Shown here: piece after piece, positions 20,343 to 29,286 of the stretch
How the letters are laid out: each line of letters begins with the position of its first letter
Position numbering within the stretch: position 1 is the stretch's first letter
Assembly (NCBI GenBank): GCA_034520565.1
Contig: JAXHNL010000002.1
Coordinates: 256,001 to 320,000, forward strand
DNA length: 64,000 nt
Direction of reading: 5' to 3'
Origin: Halodesulfurarchaeum sp.
GTDB lineage: Archaea; Halobacteriota; Halobacteria; Halobacteriales; Halobacteriaceae
Notes under the pieces: generated by a model
The model's input: the letters and a program-made list of their open reading frames with translations, nothing else
Told to the model about the DNA's origin: nothing
Databases searched by the model: none
Translations under genes and position numbers: made by a program

Positions 20343-21431
20343 TCAGGCTTTCGCGCCCCGGGCCTGCCGGTTTCTGGATTCGACGACAGCAAAAGCGAGC
20401 GTGCTCGCCACGCTAACCAGCGTCCCGACGGTGAGCACGCCGGCGAGCGTGGCGAGATCGACGTTGCCGAGGAAAAAGGCGCTCATCGTGTGCAAGATCG
20501 CTCCGATGGCGAGGATGTAAACCGGGGCGTTGAGGTACCGCCAGCGGAACCGGCCCGCGAGGAACTCGTCGGTGATCTGGCCCAGACTCGTCGTGAAGGC
20601 GGCCGCAGCGAACCACCGGACCGCTCCGAAGAAGAGCGCGGCGAGCATGGTTCCCACGTCCACCGCCTCGTCCACTCTGACCATATCGAGGGTGTCAATC
20701 CCCTCCACGCCGCCGACCACGAGCAGGGCCGCGGCCACGACGTAGGTGATGAGCGTGACGCGACCGGTGTAGAGGCTCCGTCTGGCGCGGGTGACCCACT
20801 CGTCGATCGCGTCCTCGAGGCCGAGTCCCCGGACGAGCGCGTAGAGACCCAGCGCCCCCGAACCAAGTCCCAGGACCGACCCCGGGAGCCCCACCATGTC
20901 CGCCAGAATTGCGAGCGGATAGATCAGGAGAAGGACCCCGAGCGGGACGAGAATCGTCCCGCGGGTCTCGGGGTCGTCGAGGACCTGTTTGATCGTGTAG
21001 TACATCGATTCGAGGTCCTGGGCCTGCCTGACGACCACCCGGCGGACGGAGTCGATCTGAACTCGCGAGCGGATGACGGGGATCACGCTCTCGTCCTGGG
21101 CGCCATCGGAGACCACGATTGCCCTGACGGCCTCCGCTGCCTGCAGGGTCGCGAGCACCTGATCGAGTTCCCGGCCGACCGCCCTGTTTGCGGCCACGTC
21201 GCCACGCTCCTCGCCGGTGACGGCGGCGACTTCGACGGCCTCGCCCTCGCCCGCGAACCGGTCGTGGAGGTGGACCCCCTCGAAGAGCACGTTGACATCG
21301 CTGTCCTCGGGGTCGGCCTCGGCCAGGGAGACGGCGGCGTGCTCGATCTCGTTCCGACCGACGACCGGCGTCGGAATGCCGGTCTTCCGACCGAGGTCGT
21401 CGTCGAGGTCCACACACAGGACCAGCAGCAT
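20343..21431 (-). CDS. DUF373-family membrane protein
   Basis: LVLCVDLDDDLGRK, DPEDSDVN, VSDGAQDE; C-terminal TM helices. Confidence 0.85.
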   Translation of the reverse strand: MLLVLCVDLDDDLGRKTGIPTPVVGRNEIEHAAVSLAEADPEDSDVNVLFEGVHLHDRFAGEGEAVEVAAVTGEERGDVAANRAVGRELDQVLATLQAAEAVRAIVVSDGAQDESVIPVIRSRVQIDSVRRVVVRQAQDLESMYYTIKQVLDDPETRGTILVPLGVLLLIYPLAILADMVGLPGSVLGLGSGALGLYALVRGLGLEDAIDEWVTRARRSLYTGRVTLITYVVAAALLVVGGVEGIDTLDMVRVDEAVDVGTMLAALFFGAVRWFAAAAFTTSLGQITDEFLAGRFRWRYLNAPVYILAIGAILHTMSAFFLGNVDLATLAGVLTVGTLVSVASTLAFAVVESRNRQARGAKA

Positions 21432-21598
21432 CGGGCGACTCTACGGGTGGGTTCGGGTAAGAACCTTCGGCCCGAAGCCGATTGGACAGGCCGGCCGGAC
21501 GGGAGCAGACGGCAAGTCCGAACCGACGGTTCGAGGACCTCCTCGGCCCGAGCACCGCTACCGGGCCGCTTTTGGGGCATCGTCTCCAAACCCGGCCA

Positions 21599-22594
21599 AT
21601 GATCTCGGAGGGGTGTGAGCAGTGTGCGATCGGCGGCAAGCTCGTGCTCTTTGTCCACGGATTTTGCGAGCGCCGCGACTGCTTTTACTGCCCCCTCGGC
21701 GAGAACCGGAAGAACGTCGACACGGTCTTTGCGAACGAGCGGCCCGTCGAACGCGACGAGGACGTCCTCGAGGAGGCCCGCAAGATGGACGCGATGGGCA
21801 GTTCGATCACGGGCGGGGAGCCCCTCGAATCGATGGACCGGACGACCCACTACATCCGGCTTTTGAAAGACGAGTTCGGCGAGGACCACCACGTTCACCT
21901 CTACACGGGTATCACGGGCGACCGCGAGACGATGCGGGAACTGGCCGACGCCGGTCTCGACGAGATCCGCTTTCACCCGCCGATCGGACTCTGGGGGAAC
22001 CTCCACGGGACCGACTGGGAAGACATCCTCTACGTGGCCCGCGAGGAGGGACTCTCCCCGGCCTTCGAGATTCCGGGAATCGAACCCGAGCCGGAGTTCC
22101 TCGAGTTCATCGAGGAGGGGGCCGCGGAGTTCGTCAACGTCAACGAGTTCGAGTTGAGCCAGGGGAACTACCGCCGGATGCACGACCAGGGGTACGCCCG
22201 CCGGGAGAACCACATGAGCGCCGTCGAGGGCAAATCGGAGGGGGACCTGGCCGAACTCGTCGCCCATCCGAAGGTGTACTTCTGCACGAGCACGTTCAAG
22301 GACGCCGCCCAGCACCGAAACCGCCTCCGACGGACCGCCGAAAACGTCCGCCGACCCTTCGAGGAGCAAACCGACGACGGGACGCTGGTCTACGGCGTCA
22401 CTGACGTCGACCCGTCGCGGCTGGACGAGTTGGGCGTCCCCGAAGAGTTCTACGCCGTGACCGACGAGCGGATCGAGATGGCCTGGTGGCTCCTCGACGA
22501 GATGGTCGAGGAGGGGGACGTCGAAAGCGGGGCCGTCATCGAGCAGTACCCCACCTGGGACGGCCAGGTGGTCGAACGGACCCCGCTGGGTTGA
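21599..22594 (+). CDS. Radical SAM protein (archaeal, uncharacterised)
   Basis: ATG 21599; CxxC near the N-terminus, CERRDCFYC cluster motif, ITGGEPL, LDEIRFHP. Confidence 0.9.
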   Translation: MISEGCEQCAIGGKLVLFVHGFCERRDCFYCPLGENRKNVDTVFANERPVERDEDVLEEARKMDAMGSSITGGEPLESMDRTTHYIRLLKDEFGEDHHVHLYTGITGDRETMRELADAGLDEIRFHPPIGLWGNLHGTDWEDILYVAREEGLSPAFEIPGIEPEPEFLEFIEEGAAEFVNVNEFELSQGNYRRMHDQGYARRENHMSAVEGKSEGDLAELVAHPKVYFCTSTFKDAAQHRNRLRRTAENVRRPFEEQTDDGTLVYGVTDVDPSRLDELGVPEEFYAVTDERIEMAWWLLDEMVEEGDVESGAVIEQYPTWDGQVVERTPLG

Positions 22595-22621
22595 ATCGGG
22601 GACGACGGAAAGAAAATCGGA

Positions 22622-23671
22622 TCAGAAGATCGTCGCATCCCGGTAGACGGAGATGCCCTCGTTGGTGATCTCGTAGGGTTTCGTCTCCCGGGCGTGATTC
22701 GCGTCTCGGATCTTCTGGATCTCCACGGCCAGACGGGTCTCCTGGAAGTCCTCCGGTCGGATGTACTGGAGGATGAAGACGCCGTCGGTGAGGTACTCGA
22801 TGATCCCGAAGCGGGACGCATACGCCGTCTCCGAGGAGGCCTCGCTCGTCACCAGGGTCGTGACGCCAGCCTCCTTCAGCGAGCGGGCGAAGTCGTAAAT
22901 CTCGGTCCGGCGGGTGGCCTGCTCGTCGTACATCATCTCGAGCAGCGACACCGAGTCGAGTGCCAACCGTTCGGCCCCGAAGTTTTCGACGAGCCGGGGC
23001 AGTTCGCTCCGGATGCTCGTCAGACTGTTTGCCATGTCCACGGGGTCCAGATCGAGAATAGCCAGGTCCCCGTCGGCTTCCGCGCCTTCGAAATCCCAGC
23101 CTTTCTGCTGGGCGCTCTTGTAGATCCGTTCCCGGCTCTCCTCGAGCGTGATGTACACCCCCTTTTCACCCGATTCGAGGGCCCCCTGGATGAACTGGAG
23201 GGCGAAGGTCGTCTTGCCCGTGCCGGCCCCACCGATGACCGCAAGTAGCGAGCGTTCCGGAATTCCCTCCTGGATCATCGCGTCCAGACCCTCGATACCG
23301 ATCTTCAGGCGGGGGATTTCGGCATGATAAGTCTCCTCCTCGAAGCCGCTTGCATCCCCGCCCATGTCGAACCCGAAGCTCTCGCCCTCGTCGAGGTCGA
23401 TATCGAGGGGCGCTTCGCCCTCCTCGAATTGCTGGGAGTCGACCGGTTCACCGCCCGTCCCGGTTTCGGGCTCGGTTTCGGGTTCCTCGCCTGCCGGACT
23501 GGGCCCCGGATCCGCCCCAGCGCCGGTGTCCGATTCGGCCGCGTCCTCCAGTTCCGCCATGGCTGCCTCCCAGTCTGAATCTTCTTCCTCCGGTCGGTCC
23601 TCGTCCTCCGTGGACTCGTCAACCGCCCGCTCGAACCAGTCTCGTTTTTCGTCCTCGTCGTCTTCAGCCAT
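22622..23671 (-). CDS. KaiC/RAD55-like single-domain ATPase with an acidic disordered N-terminus
   Basis: ATG 23671; Walker A GGAGTGKT, TLEE, LALDS, EYLTDG, IQKIR. Confidence 0.9.
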   Translation of the reverse strand: MAEDDEDEKRDWFERAVDESTEDEDRPEEEDSDWEAAMAELEDAAESDTGAGADPGPSPAGEEPETEPETGTGGEPVDSQQFEEGEAPLDIDLDEGESFGFDMGGDASGFEEETYHAEIPRLKIGIEGLDAMIQEGIPERSLLAVIGGAGTGKTTFALQFIQGALESGEKGVYITLEESRERIYKSAQQKGWDFEGAEADGDLAILDLDPVDMANSLTSIRSELPRLVENFGAERLALDSVSLLEMMYDEQATRRTEIYDFARSLKEAGVTTLVTSEASSETAYASRFGIIEYLTDGVFILQYIRPEDFQETRLAVEIQKIRDANHARETKPYEITNEGISVYRDATIF

Positions 23672-23804
23672 GTCCCGAGGTCTCCTTCGTTTTCCCTCCG
23701 GCTGGTTCGCCCAAGTACCTTTCCCGTCTTTTGTGGCTTCGGGTGATCCCGTTGCGGTCGGAACGGGTGGCGCCATTTTTGTAGCGGCGGCCCACACTCC
23801 CGGT

Positions 23805-24626
23805 ATGATCGTGGGAATCGTCGCCCAGCGGGACAACGAGCGGGCCGTCGATCTCGCCGCAGCGGTCGCGGATCGACTCACAGCGGGGGACACGACCGTT
23901 CGATGTGACGAGCGGACGGCCGGGGAGATCGGAATCGCGGGCTGTCCCGTCGACGAAATGAACGAGTGTGATCTGGTCGTCTCGATCGGCGGGGACGGAA
24001 CGTTCCTGTTCGCCGCTCGCGGGCCCGGGTCGACGCCGGTCCTGGGGGTCAACCTCGGGGAAGTCGGTTTTCTCAACACCGTCTCACCCGATAACGCCGT
24101 CGAGACCGTCGAGCAGGAGGTCGGCCAGTTCCGGGAGACGGGGACCATCAGTCACCGGGAGGTGCCGCGGGTCCAGCTCGCCGGTCCGAACTGGGCACTC
24201 TCGCCTGCGCTCAACGAGGTACTCGTGCAGGGCCACCGCCGCGGCCACGCCGACGGTCTCGATATGGAGATCTGGGTCGACGGGTCGACGTACGATTCGT
24301 TTCACGGCGACGGCCTGCTCGTGGCGACGCCGACGGGAAGCACGGCGTACAATCTCAGCGAAGGCGGCCCGCTCGTCCATCCCCGGATTGACGGCTTCGT
24401 GGTGACACCCATGGCCGGACGGGAGGCGATGCCGCCCTTGCTGATCCCGGGAAACGCCGACATCGAGATCGACGTCTCGGGTGCGGAGACGGCGGTCGTC
24501 ACGAGCGACGGATCGGAGCACCGCGAGATCACGCCACCGACAACAGTCACCGTTTCCGCGGCCGAGCCGGCGAAGGTGGCCGGACCGGGGGCGGCGTTCT
24601 TCGAGGCGCTTGGCAAGCTGGAGTGA
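23805..24626 (+). CDS. nadK: NAD(+)/NADH kinase
   Basis: [33 protein letters not shown]. Confidence 0.95.
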   Translation: MIVGIVAQRDNERAVDLAAAVADRLTAGDTTVRCDERTAGEIGIAGCPVDEMNECDLVVSIGGDGTFLFAARGPGSTPVLGVNLGEVGFLNTVSPDNAVETVEQEVGQFRETGTISHREVPRVQLAGPNWALSPALNEVLVQGHRRGHADGLDMEIWVDGSTYDSFHGDGLLVATPTGSTAYNLSEGGPLVHPRIDGFVVTPMAGREAMPPLLIPGNADIEIDVSGAETAVVTSDGSEHREITPPTTVTVSAAEPAKVAGPGAAFFEALGKLE

Positions 24627-24687
24627 TCGGAGCCCGTTCGACCGCAATGGAAAGGGTAAACGTGGGGAGTCCCCAAGCGGGGGACAC

Positions 24688-25620
24688 ATGAGTCACGAGC
24701 TTCCGGACGTGCAGGCGTCCGAGCCGGACGTAACCGTGGGACTCGAACGGGTCGGTGTCACCGGGGTCGAAAAACTCGTCAAGATCGGCCGCACGAGCGG
24801 TCGACCGCTCGTGTTGATGGCCGAGTTCGAGGTTTACGTCGACCTGCCCCGCGGGCGCAAGGGGCTGGACATGTCCCGGAACATGGAGGTCATCGACGAG
24901 ACCCTCGAGGACGCGGTGAGCGAGCCCATTTATCGGGTCGAAGAGATGTGTGGCGAAGTCGCCGAACGCCTCCTCCAGAAACACGAGTACACCACGAAGG
25001 CGATGGTCAAAATGGAAGCCGAGTACATGATTCGGGACGAGACGCCCGCCACCGAGCGTCCGACCCAGGGTCACGTGGACTTCCTCGCGAGCGCCACGGC
25101 CATGGAGGGCGAGGAAACCCGCGAGGAGATCGGCGCTCGGGTCACCGGCATGACCGTCTGCCCGTGTTCGCAGGGCATGATGGAAGAACGCGCCCGCGAG
25201 AAACTCGAAGATCTCGAGGTCGATCCGGTTGCAGTCGACGAGTTCCTCGATGAAGTCCCCCAGGCCGGCCACTCCCAGCGCGGCCATGCCACGTTGACTG
25301 TCGAAGCGCCCAGCGACCCGGAAGTCGACTTCCGGGACCTCGTCGAAATCGCCCGTGACGCCATGAGCGCCCGCATCTACAACATGGCAAAGCGGCCGGA
25401 CGAGGACCACATGACCTACCAGGCTCACGTCCACGCCCGCTTCGTCGAGGACTGTGTCCGATCGATGGCCGAGCAGGTCGTCGACACCTGTGATACCGTC
25501 GACGACGACGCGATCATCACGATGAAACAGGAAAACGAGGAGTCGATTCACCAGCACGACGCCCACGCCGAGCGGATCGCCGCGATGGGCGACCTGCGAG
25601 AGGAAGTCAACGGCGACTGA
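24688..25620 (+). CDS. mptA: GTP cyclohydrolase MptA (FolE2 family)
   Basis: [41 protein letters not shown]. Confidence 0.94.
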   Translation: MSHELPDVQASEPDVTVGLERVGVTGVEKLVKIGRTSGRPLVLMAEFEVYVDLPRGRKGLDMSRNMEVIDETLEDAVSEPIYRVEEMCGEVAERLLQKHEYTTKAMVKMEAEYMIRDETPATERPTQGHVDFLASATAMEGEETREEIGARVTGMTVCPCSQGMMEERAREKLEDLEVDPVAVDEFLDEVPQAGHSQRGHATLTVEAPSDPEVDFRDLVEIARDAMSARIYNMAKRPDEDHMTYQAHVHARFVEDCVRSMAEQVVDTCDTVDDDAIITMKQENEESIHQHDAHAERIAAMGDLREEVNGD

Positions 25621-25692
25621 TCGTACGGGACCGATCCGGTCCTCCCGAAACGGGGCCGAAGGGTTATACCGACCAGGACGCTACGAACAGCC

Positions 25693-26265
25693 ATGTTGCG
25701 ATGGCTGTTGCTGGGGTTGTTGCTTATTCCCCTCGCCGACATCGCCTTGCTGGTGGTCGTCGCCGGGTCGATCGGGTGGGTGCCGACGGTCGCGCTGGTC
25801 GTCCTGACGGCCTTGCTCGGAATGCTCTTCGTCCGGGCCGAGGGCCGGCACACGCTCGGGAAGATCCAGCAGTCTCTCGCTCGCGGGGACCTGCCGACGA
25901 ATCAGGTGATCGACGGGGGCCTGCTCATCGCCGCCGGGGCCTTTCTCCTCACGCCGGGACTGGTCACGGACGCGGTCGGCTTCCTGATCGCCGTCCCGAT
26001 CACGCGCATTCCGATCAGAGTTCTGCTCAAACGCTACGTCATTACGCCAGCGATCGACCGCCAGACCGGTGGGTTCGCCACCGGTCGAATTTACATGGAC
26101 GGGTTCCCCAGCGATGGGAGTCCTGGCAACGGCCCGACCGGGCCGGGCGGCCCCCGAACACCCGGACCGGACCCGAACGGTGGGGCTGGCGGATCCGGTC
26201 AGGGGACGACCGTCGATCTGGGGCCCGAGGACTACGACGTGTCGGTCGAGGACGAGCGGTCGTGA
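25693..26265 (+). CDS. fxsA: FxsA-family membrane protein
   Basis: IPLADIALL...GGLLIAAGAFLLTPGLVTDAVGF. Confidence 0.88.
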   Translation: MLRWLLLGLLLIPLADIALLVVVAGSIGWVPTVALVVLTALLGMLFVRAEGRHTLGKIQQSLARGDLPTNQVIDGGLLIAAGAFLLTPGLVTDAVGFLIAVPITRIPIRVLLKRYVITPAIDRQTGGFATGRIYMDGFPSDGSPGNGPTGPGGPRTPGPDPNGGAGGSGQGTTVDLGPEDYDVSVEDERS

Positions 26266-26300
26266 GTCGGTTTTTTCCCTCGAAACACCTCGCCTGCAGT

Positions 26301-26320
26301 CGAAAGGAAACCCTTTTAGT
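26301..26320 (+). promoter_or_regulatory. BRE/TATA promoter of tRNA-Ile
   Basis: CGAAAGGAAACCCTTTTAGT: purine-rich BRE followed by TTTTAG about 30 nt upstream of the tRNA. Confidence 0.7.
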
Positions 26321-26346
26321 CGGCAGCGGGCAATCCGCAGTTGTCA

Positions 26347-26420
26347 GGGCCAGTAGCTCAATTAGGTAGAGCGCCACTCTGATAAGGTGGAGGCTTGCGG
26401 TTCAAATCCGCACTGGCCCA
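26347..26420 (+). tRNA. tRNA-Ile (anticodon GAT), no intron, CCA not encoded
   Basis: Acceptor GGGCCAG/CTGGCCC + A, D-arm GCTC/GAGC, anticodon arm CCACT-CTGATAA-GGTGG, T-arm TGCGG-TTCAAAT-CCGCA. Confidence 0.96.
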
Positions 26421-26586
26421 CTTCTGGATGACTCAAACCAGGAAGCGACCAGCTTGCTGTGTCGCTTCCTGTTTGATCAGCGGTCTGAAGTGGGTGCTGC
26501 GGATTTGAACCCGGAAGACGTAGCCCGCGAAGCCGAACGAAGTGAGGCGAGCAGGACCGTCTTCATTCGGTTCAAAATCGCACTGG
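26398..26586. repeat. tRNA-derived inverted and direct repeats with two hairpins, downstream of tRNA-Ile
   Basis: 26487-26511 is the reverse complement of 26399-26424 (perfect 14-nt and 8-nt blocks); 26568-26586 matches 26398-26416 at 17/19; 16-bp stem 26433-26449/26461-26476. Confidence 0.85.
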
Positions 26587-26781
26587 TGTAGTCGCTGCCG
26601 AAGGTCCCGACTCTCCGGCCGGAAGGCAGGTGTATTTGCCTTGCAGTCTTTCGCACAGGCACCCCGTGTCCCTCGCTCCCACAGGATTCCGAAAAACCAG
26701 CCTCGCCGGAACTAACCACGAAATCAGGCCCCACAGATGCACCGATCCCTGAAGGGTCGGACGTCCCGGGTTGGAGCGCAC

Positions 26782-28941
26782 CTATCCCGATCCGAACTCC
26801 ACGCCGGTGAACTCGAAGCGGGCCCCGCCGGTCTCGCCCTCGGTGATCGAGACGTCCCAGCCGTGGGCCTGTGCCACCTGTTTGACGATACCCAGCCCGA
26901 ATCCAGTCCCACATTCGCTGGTGGAGTAGCCCGCCTCGAACACGTCAGTGCGATCCGATTCGGGGATTCCAGGACCGTCGTCTTCGACGTAGAAGCCATC
27001 CTCGAGGGACCCAACGGTGACGGTTACGTCGTCGCCGGCGTGTTCGACCGCGTTCCGGAGCAGATTTTCGAGGAGCTGAGACAGTCGATCGCGATCGGCA
27101 TGGAAGGGCGAGGGTCGACTCTCGTCGGTTACAAACCGTAGCTCGGCCCCCTCCGCGCTGTCCGCGACGAGGTCCCATGCCGATTCGACGACGTCCCGTA
27201 TCTCGACCGGCTCCGTCGAACCGATGTCCCGCCCCTCACGCGCCAGCCAGAGCACGTTCTCGATAATCGCCGTCATTCTGTCGAGGGCCGTCTCGATCTG
27301 ATCGAGATGCTCGCTGTCACACTCCTCGCGAACGAGTTCCAACCGTCCCTCCGCGACGGTGAGCGGGTTCCGGAGGTCGTGGGAGACGATACTGGCGAAC
27401 TGTTCCAGACGTTCGTTTTGGCGCTCGAGGGCGTTTCCCTGGGTTCGTTGGTCAGTGATATCCGAAATCACGGCGACGACTTGCTCGACGTCCCCCTCGC
27501 TGGTCGTCAGCGGCGTCGCGTTGATCGAGAGCCATCGCGTTTTTCCGCTTGGCCACTTGATCCCGTGTTCGTAGTCGGTGATCGTCTCGCCCGTGGCCAG
27601 CACTCTCGCAAACGGGAGTTCCTCCCCCGGAATCGGCTCGCCGTCCGCGTCGATAATGCGCCACTCCGGGTCGTCGTACGTCCGCTTGGTGATTTCCGAT
27701 TCGGTGAGCCCCAGTGCACTCTCTGCCTGTCGGTTTGCGCGCGTGATCGTTCCGTCAGTATCGAGCACCGTGACCCCGACAGGGAGCATTTCGAACAGTT
27801 TCGAGAGGAGCGTGTTCTTCTCCTCGAGTTCGTACTGTCGCTCGAGCTGCTCCGTCACTTCGACGAAGTAGAAGGCGATCCCGCCAACTTCGGTGGGATA
27901 GGCCGTGATGTCGAACCAGCCATCGAGTTGTGAGAAGTACTCGACGAATGAGGTCGGTTCTCCTGACTCCATGACCCGGCGGTATTCTTCCTCGAATCGG
28001 GTATCCCTCGCCGCCTCGAAAACGTCCCAGAAATTCCGACCGACGAGGTCCGCCTCGGCCATGTCATAGAGGTCCTCGGCCTGTTCGTTAACGACCGTAA
28101 ATCGCCAGTCTGCATCGACCTCGACGATGGCATCGGTCACCCGCTCGATGATTTGCTCGCGTTTGTGTTCCTGGGTTTTGCGCTCGATGAAGTCACTCGC
28201 CAGCGTGACCAGAATATCGAGCAGATTTCCCTCTTCCGTGAGAAACGGGCCCTCGTCTGCGGCGGGCCGATCCTCGAGATAGACGACTTCGAGTGTGACT
28301 GGTTTCCCATCCGCCGTCGTCGTTCGTGACGTCAGTCGGGTCTCGGTTGGAACGAAATTCGGAGTCGAGACTTCGGAGTCCCGATACCCGAGTTTCGCAG
28401 CCGTGATTTCGGGGTACTGGAACCCCGGGGGTATCCCCTCGACGAACTCCCGAAGTACCGCTTCCATCGGTTCATCGATCCGGACGAGGGTTCGGGTGGC
28501 CCGTTGAATCGCGGACAACTCTTTGACGCGTTCTTCGAGGGTTCGCTCGTACTCCTTGCGGGCGGTGATGTCTCGAAACTGGCAGTGTGTCCGAACGAAA
28601 TTCCCCCGGTCGTCGTATTCGATCGTCCCGTCAAACGAGACGACGATCGGACTGTCCTCACCACGAATGAGCTCAAATTCGACGTTCGAAACCGCACCAC
28701 GGGTCTTGAATTCATCGAAATGGGACGCGAACGTCGACTGCGACTCGTCTGTCAGTATGTCACCGAACCACCGGCCGATGACGTCCTCGCGGTCGTATCC
28801 CAGGGCCTCGAGCCAGGCGTCGTTGACGGAGATGATCGTCCCGTCGGCATCAAGCGACTGGTATGGATGTGGAGCAAACGACTGGGGAATCACACCAGAA
28901 TCCGAATGGTCGCTCAAATTACTGTCAGCAGATCCGTCCAT
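26782..28941 (-). CDS. PAS domain sensor histidine kinase (PAS-GAF-like-PAS-PAS-HisKA-HATPase)
   Basis: VSHDLRNPL, ENLLRNAVEH, EDDGPGIP, GTGFGLGIV; ATG 28941. Confidence 0.93.
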   Translation of the reverse strand: MDGSADSNLSDHSDSGVIPQSFAPHPYQSLDADGTIISVNDAWLEALGYDREDVIGRWFGDILTDESQSTFASHFDEFKTRGAVSNVEFELIRGEDSPIVVSFDGTIEYDDRGNFVRTHCQFRDITARKEYERTLEERVKELSAIQRATRTLVRIDEPMEAVLREFVEGIPPGFQYPEITAAKLGYRDSEVSTPNFVPTETRLTSRTTTADGKPVTLEVVYLEDRPAADEGPFLTEEGNLLDILVTLASDFIERKTQEHKREQIIERVTDAIVEVDADWRFTVVNEQAEDLYDMAEADLVGRNFWDVFEAARDTRFEEEYRRVMESGEPTSFVEYFSQLDGWFDITAYPTEVGGIAFYFVEVTEQLERQYELEEKNTLLSKLFEMLPVGVTVLDTDGTITRANRQAESALGLTESEITKRTYDDPEWRIIDADGEPIPGEELPFARVLATGETITDYEHGIKWPSGKTRWLSINATPLTTSEGDVEQVVAVISDITDQRTQGNALERQNERLEQFASIVSHDLRNPLTVAEGRLELVREECDSEHLDQIETALDRMTAIIENVLWLAREGRDIGSTEPVEIRDVVESAWDLVADSAEGAELRFVTDESRPSPFHADRDRLSQLLENLLRNAVEHAGDDVTVTVGSLEDGFYVEDDGPGIPESDRTDVFEAGYSTSECGTGFGLGIVKQVAQAHGWDVSITEGETGGARFEFTGVEFGSG

Positions 28942-29286
28942 ACGCAACCCAGTACCCGTCCCGTAATATCGGTTCTGGGTGTTCCAGGCCTGATTATAGG
29001 TGTTTCAGGCCCATCATCTGAACGCTACTCGTGATGCATCCAGCATGGTCTTCGTCCCACGGGCGTGGTCGGGAACGACGTTCTCGATATTGGATCGAGG
29101 AAAACGGAAAACCGCGGAGGGTCGGTAATCCGGGGACGATCGCCAAGCCGGCTCACTCCACAATCGGTAGTTCGACGACGAACACGCGTCCAGTTGTGCC
29201 GGCTTGGTTTCGAGTTGCTGACGGTATCGTTCCCGTTCGGTATCATCCGGAAGGTGGACTTCTCTCCCCGTCACGAGAAAACCAGT

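Noticed and set aside
28942-29286. Small ORFs in the gap between the divergent kinases
   Set aside because: No motifs and non-acidic composition; more likely promoter DNA.
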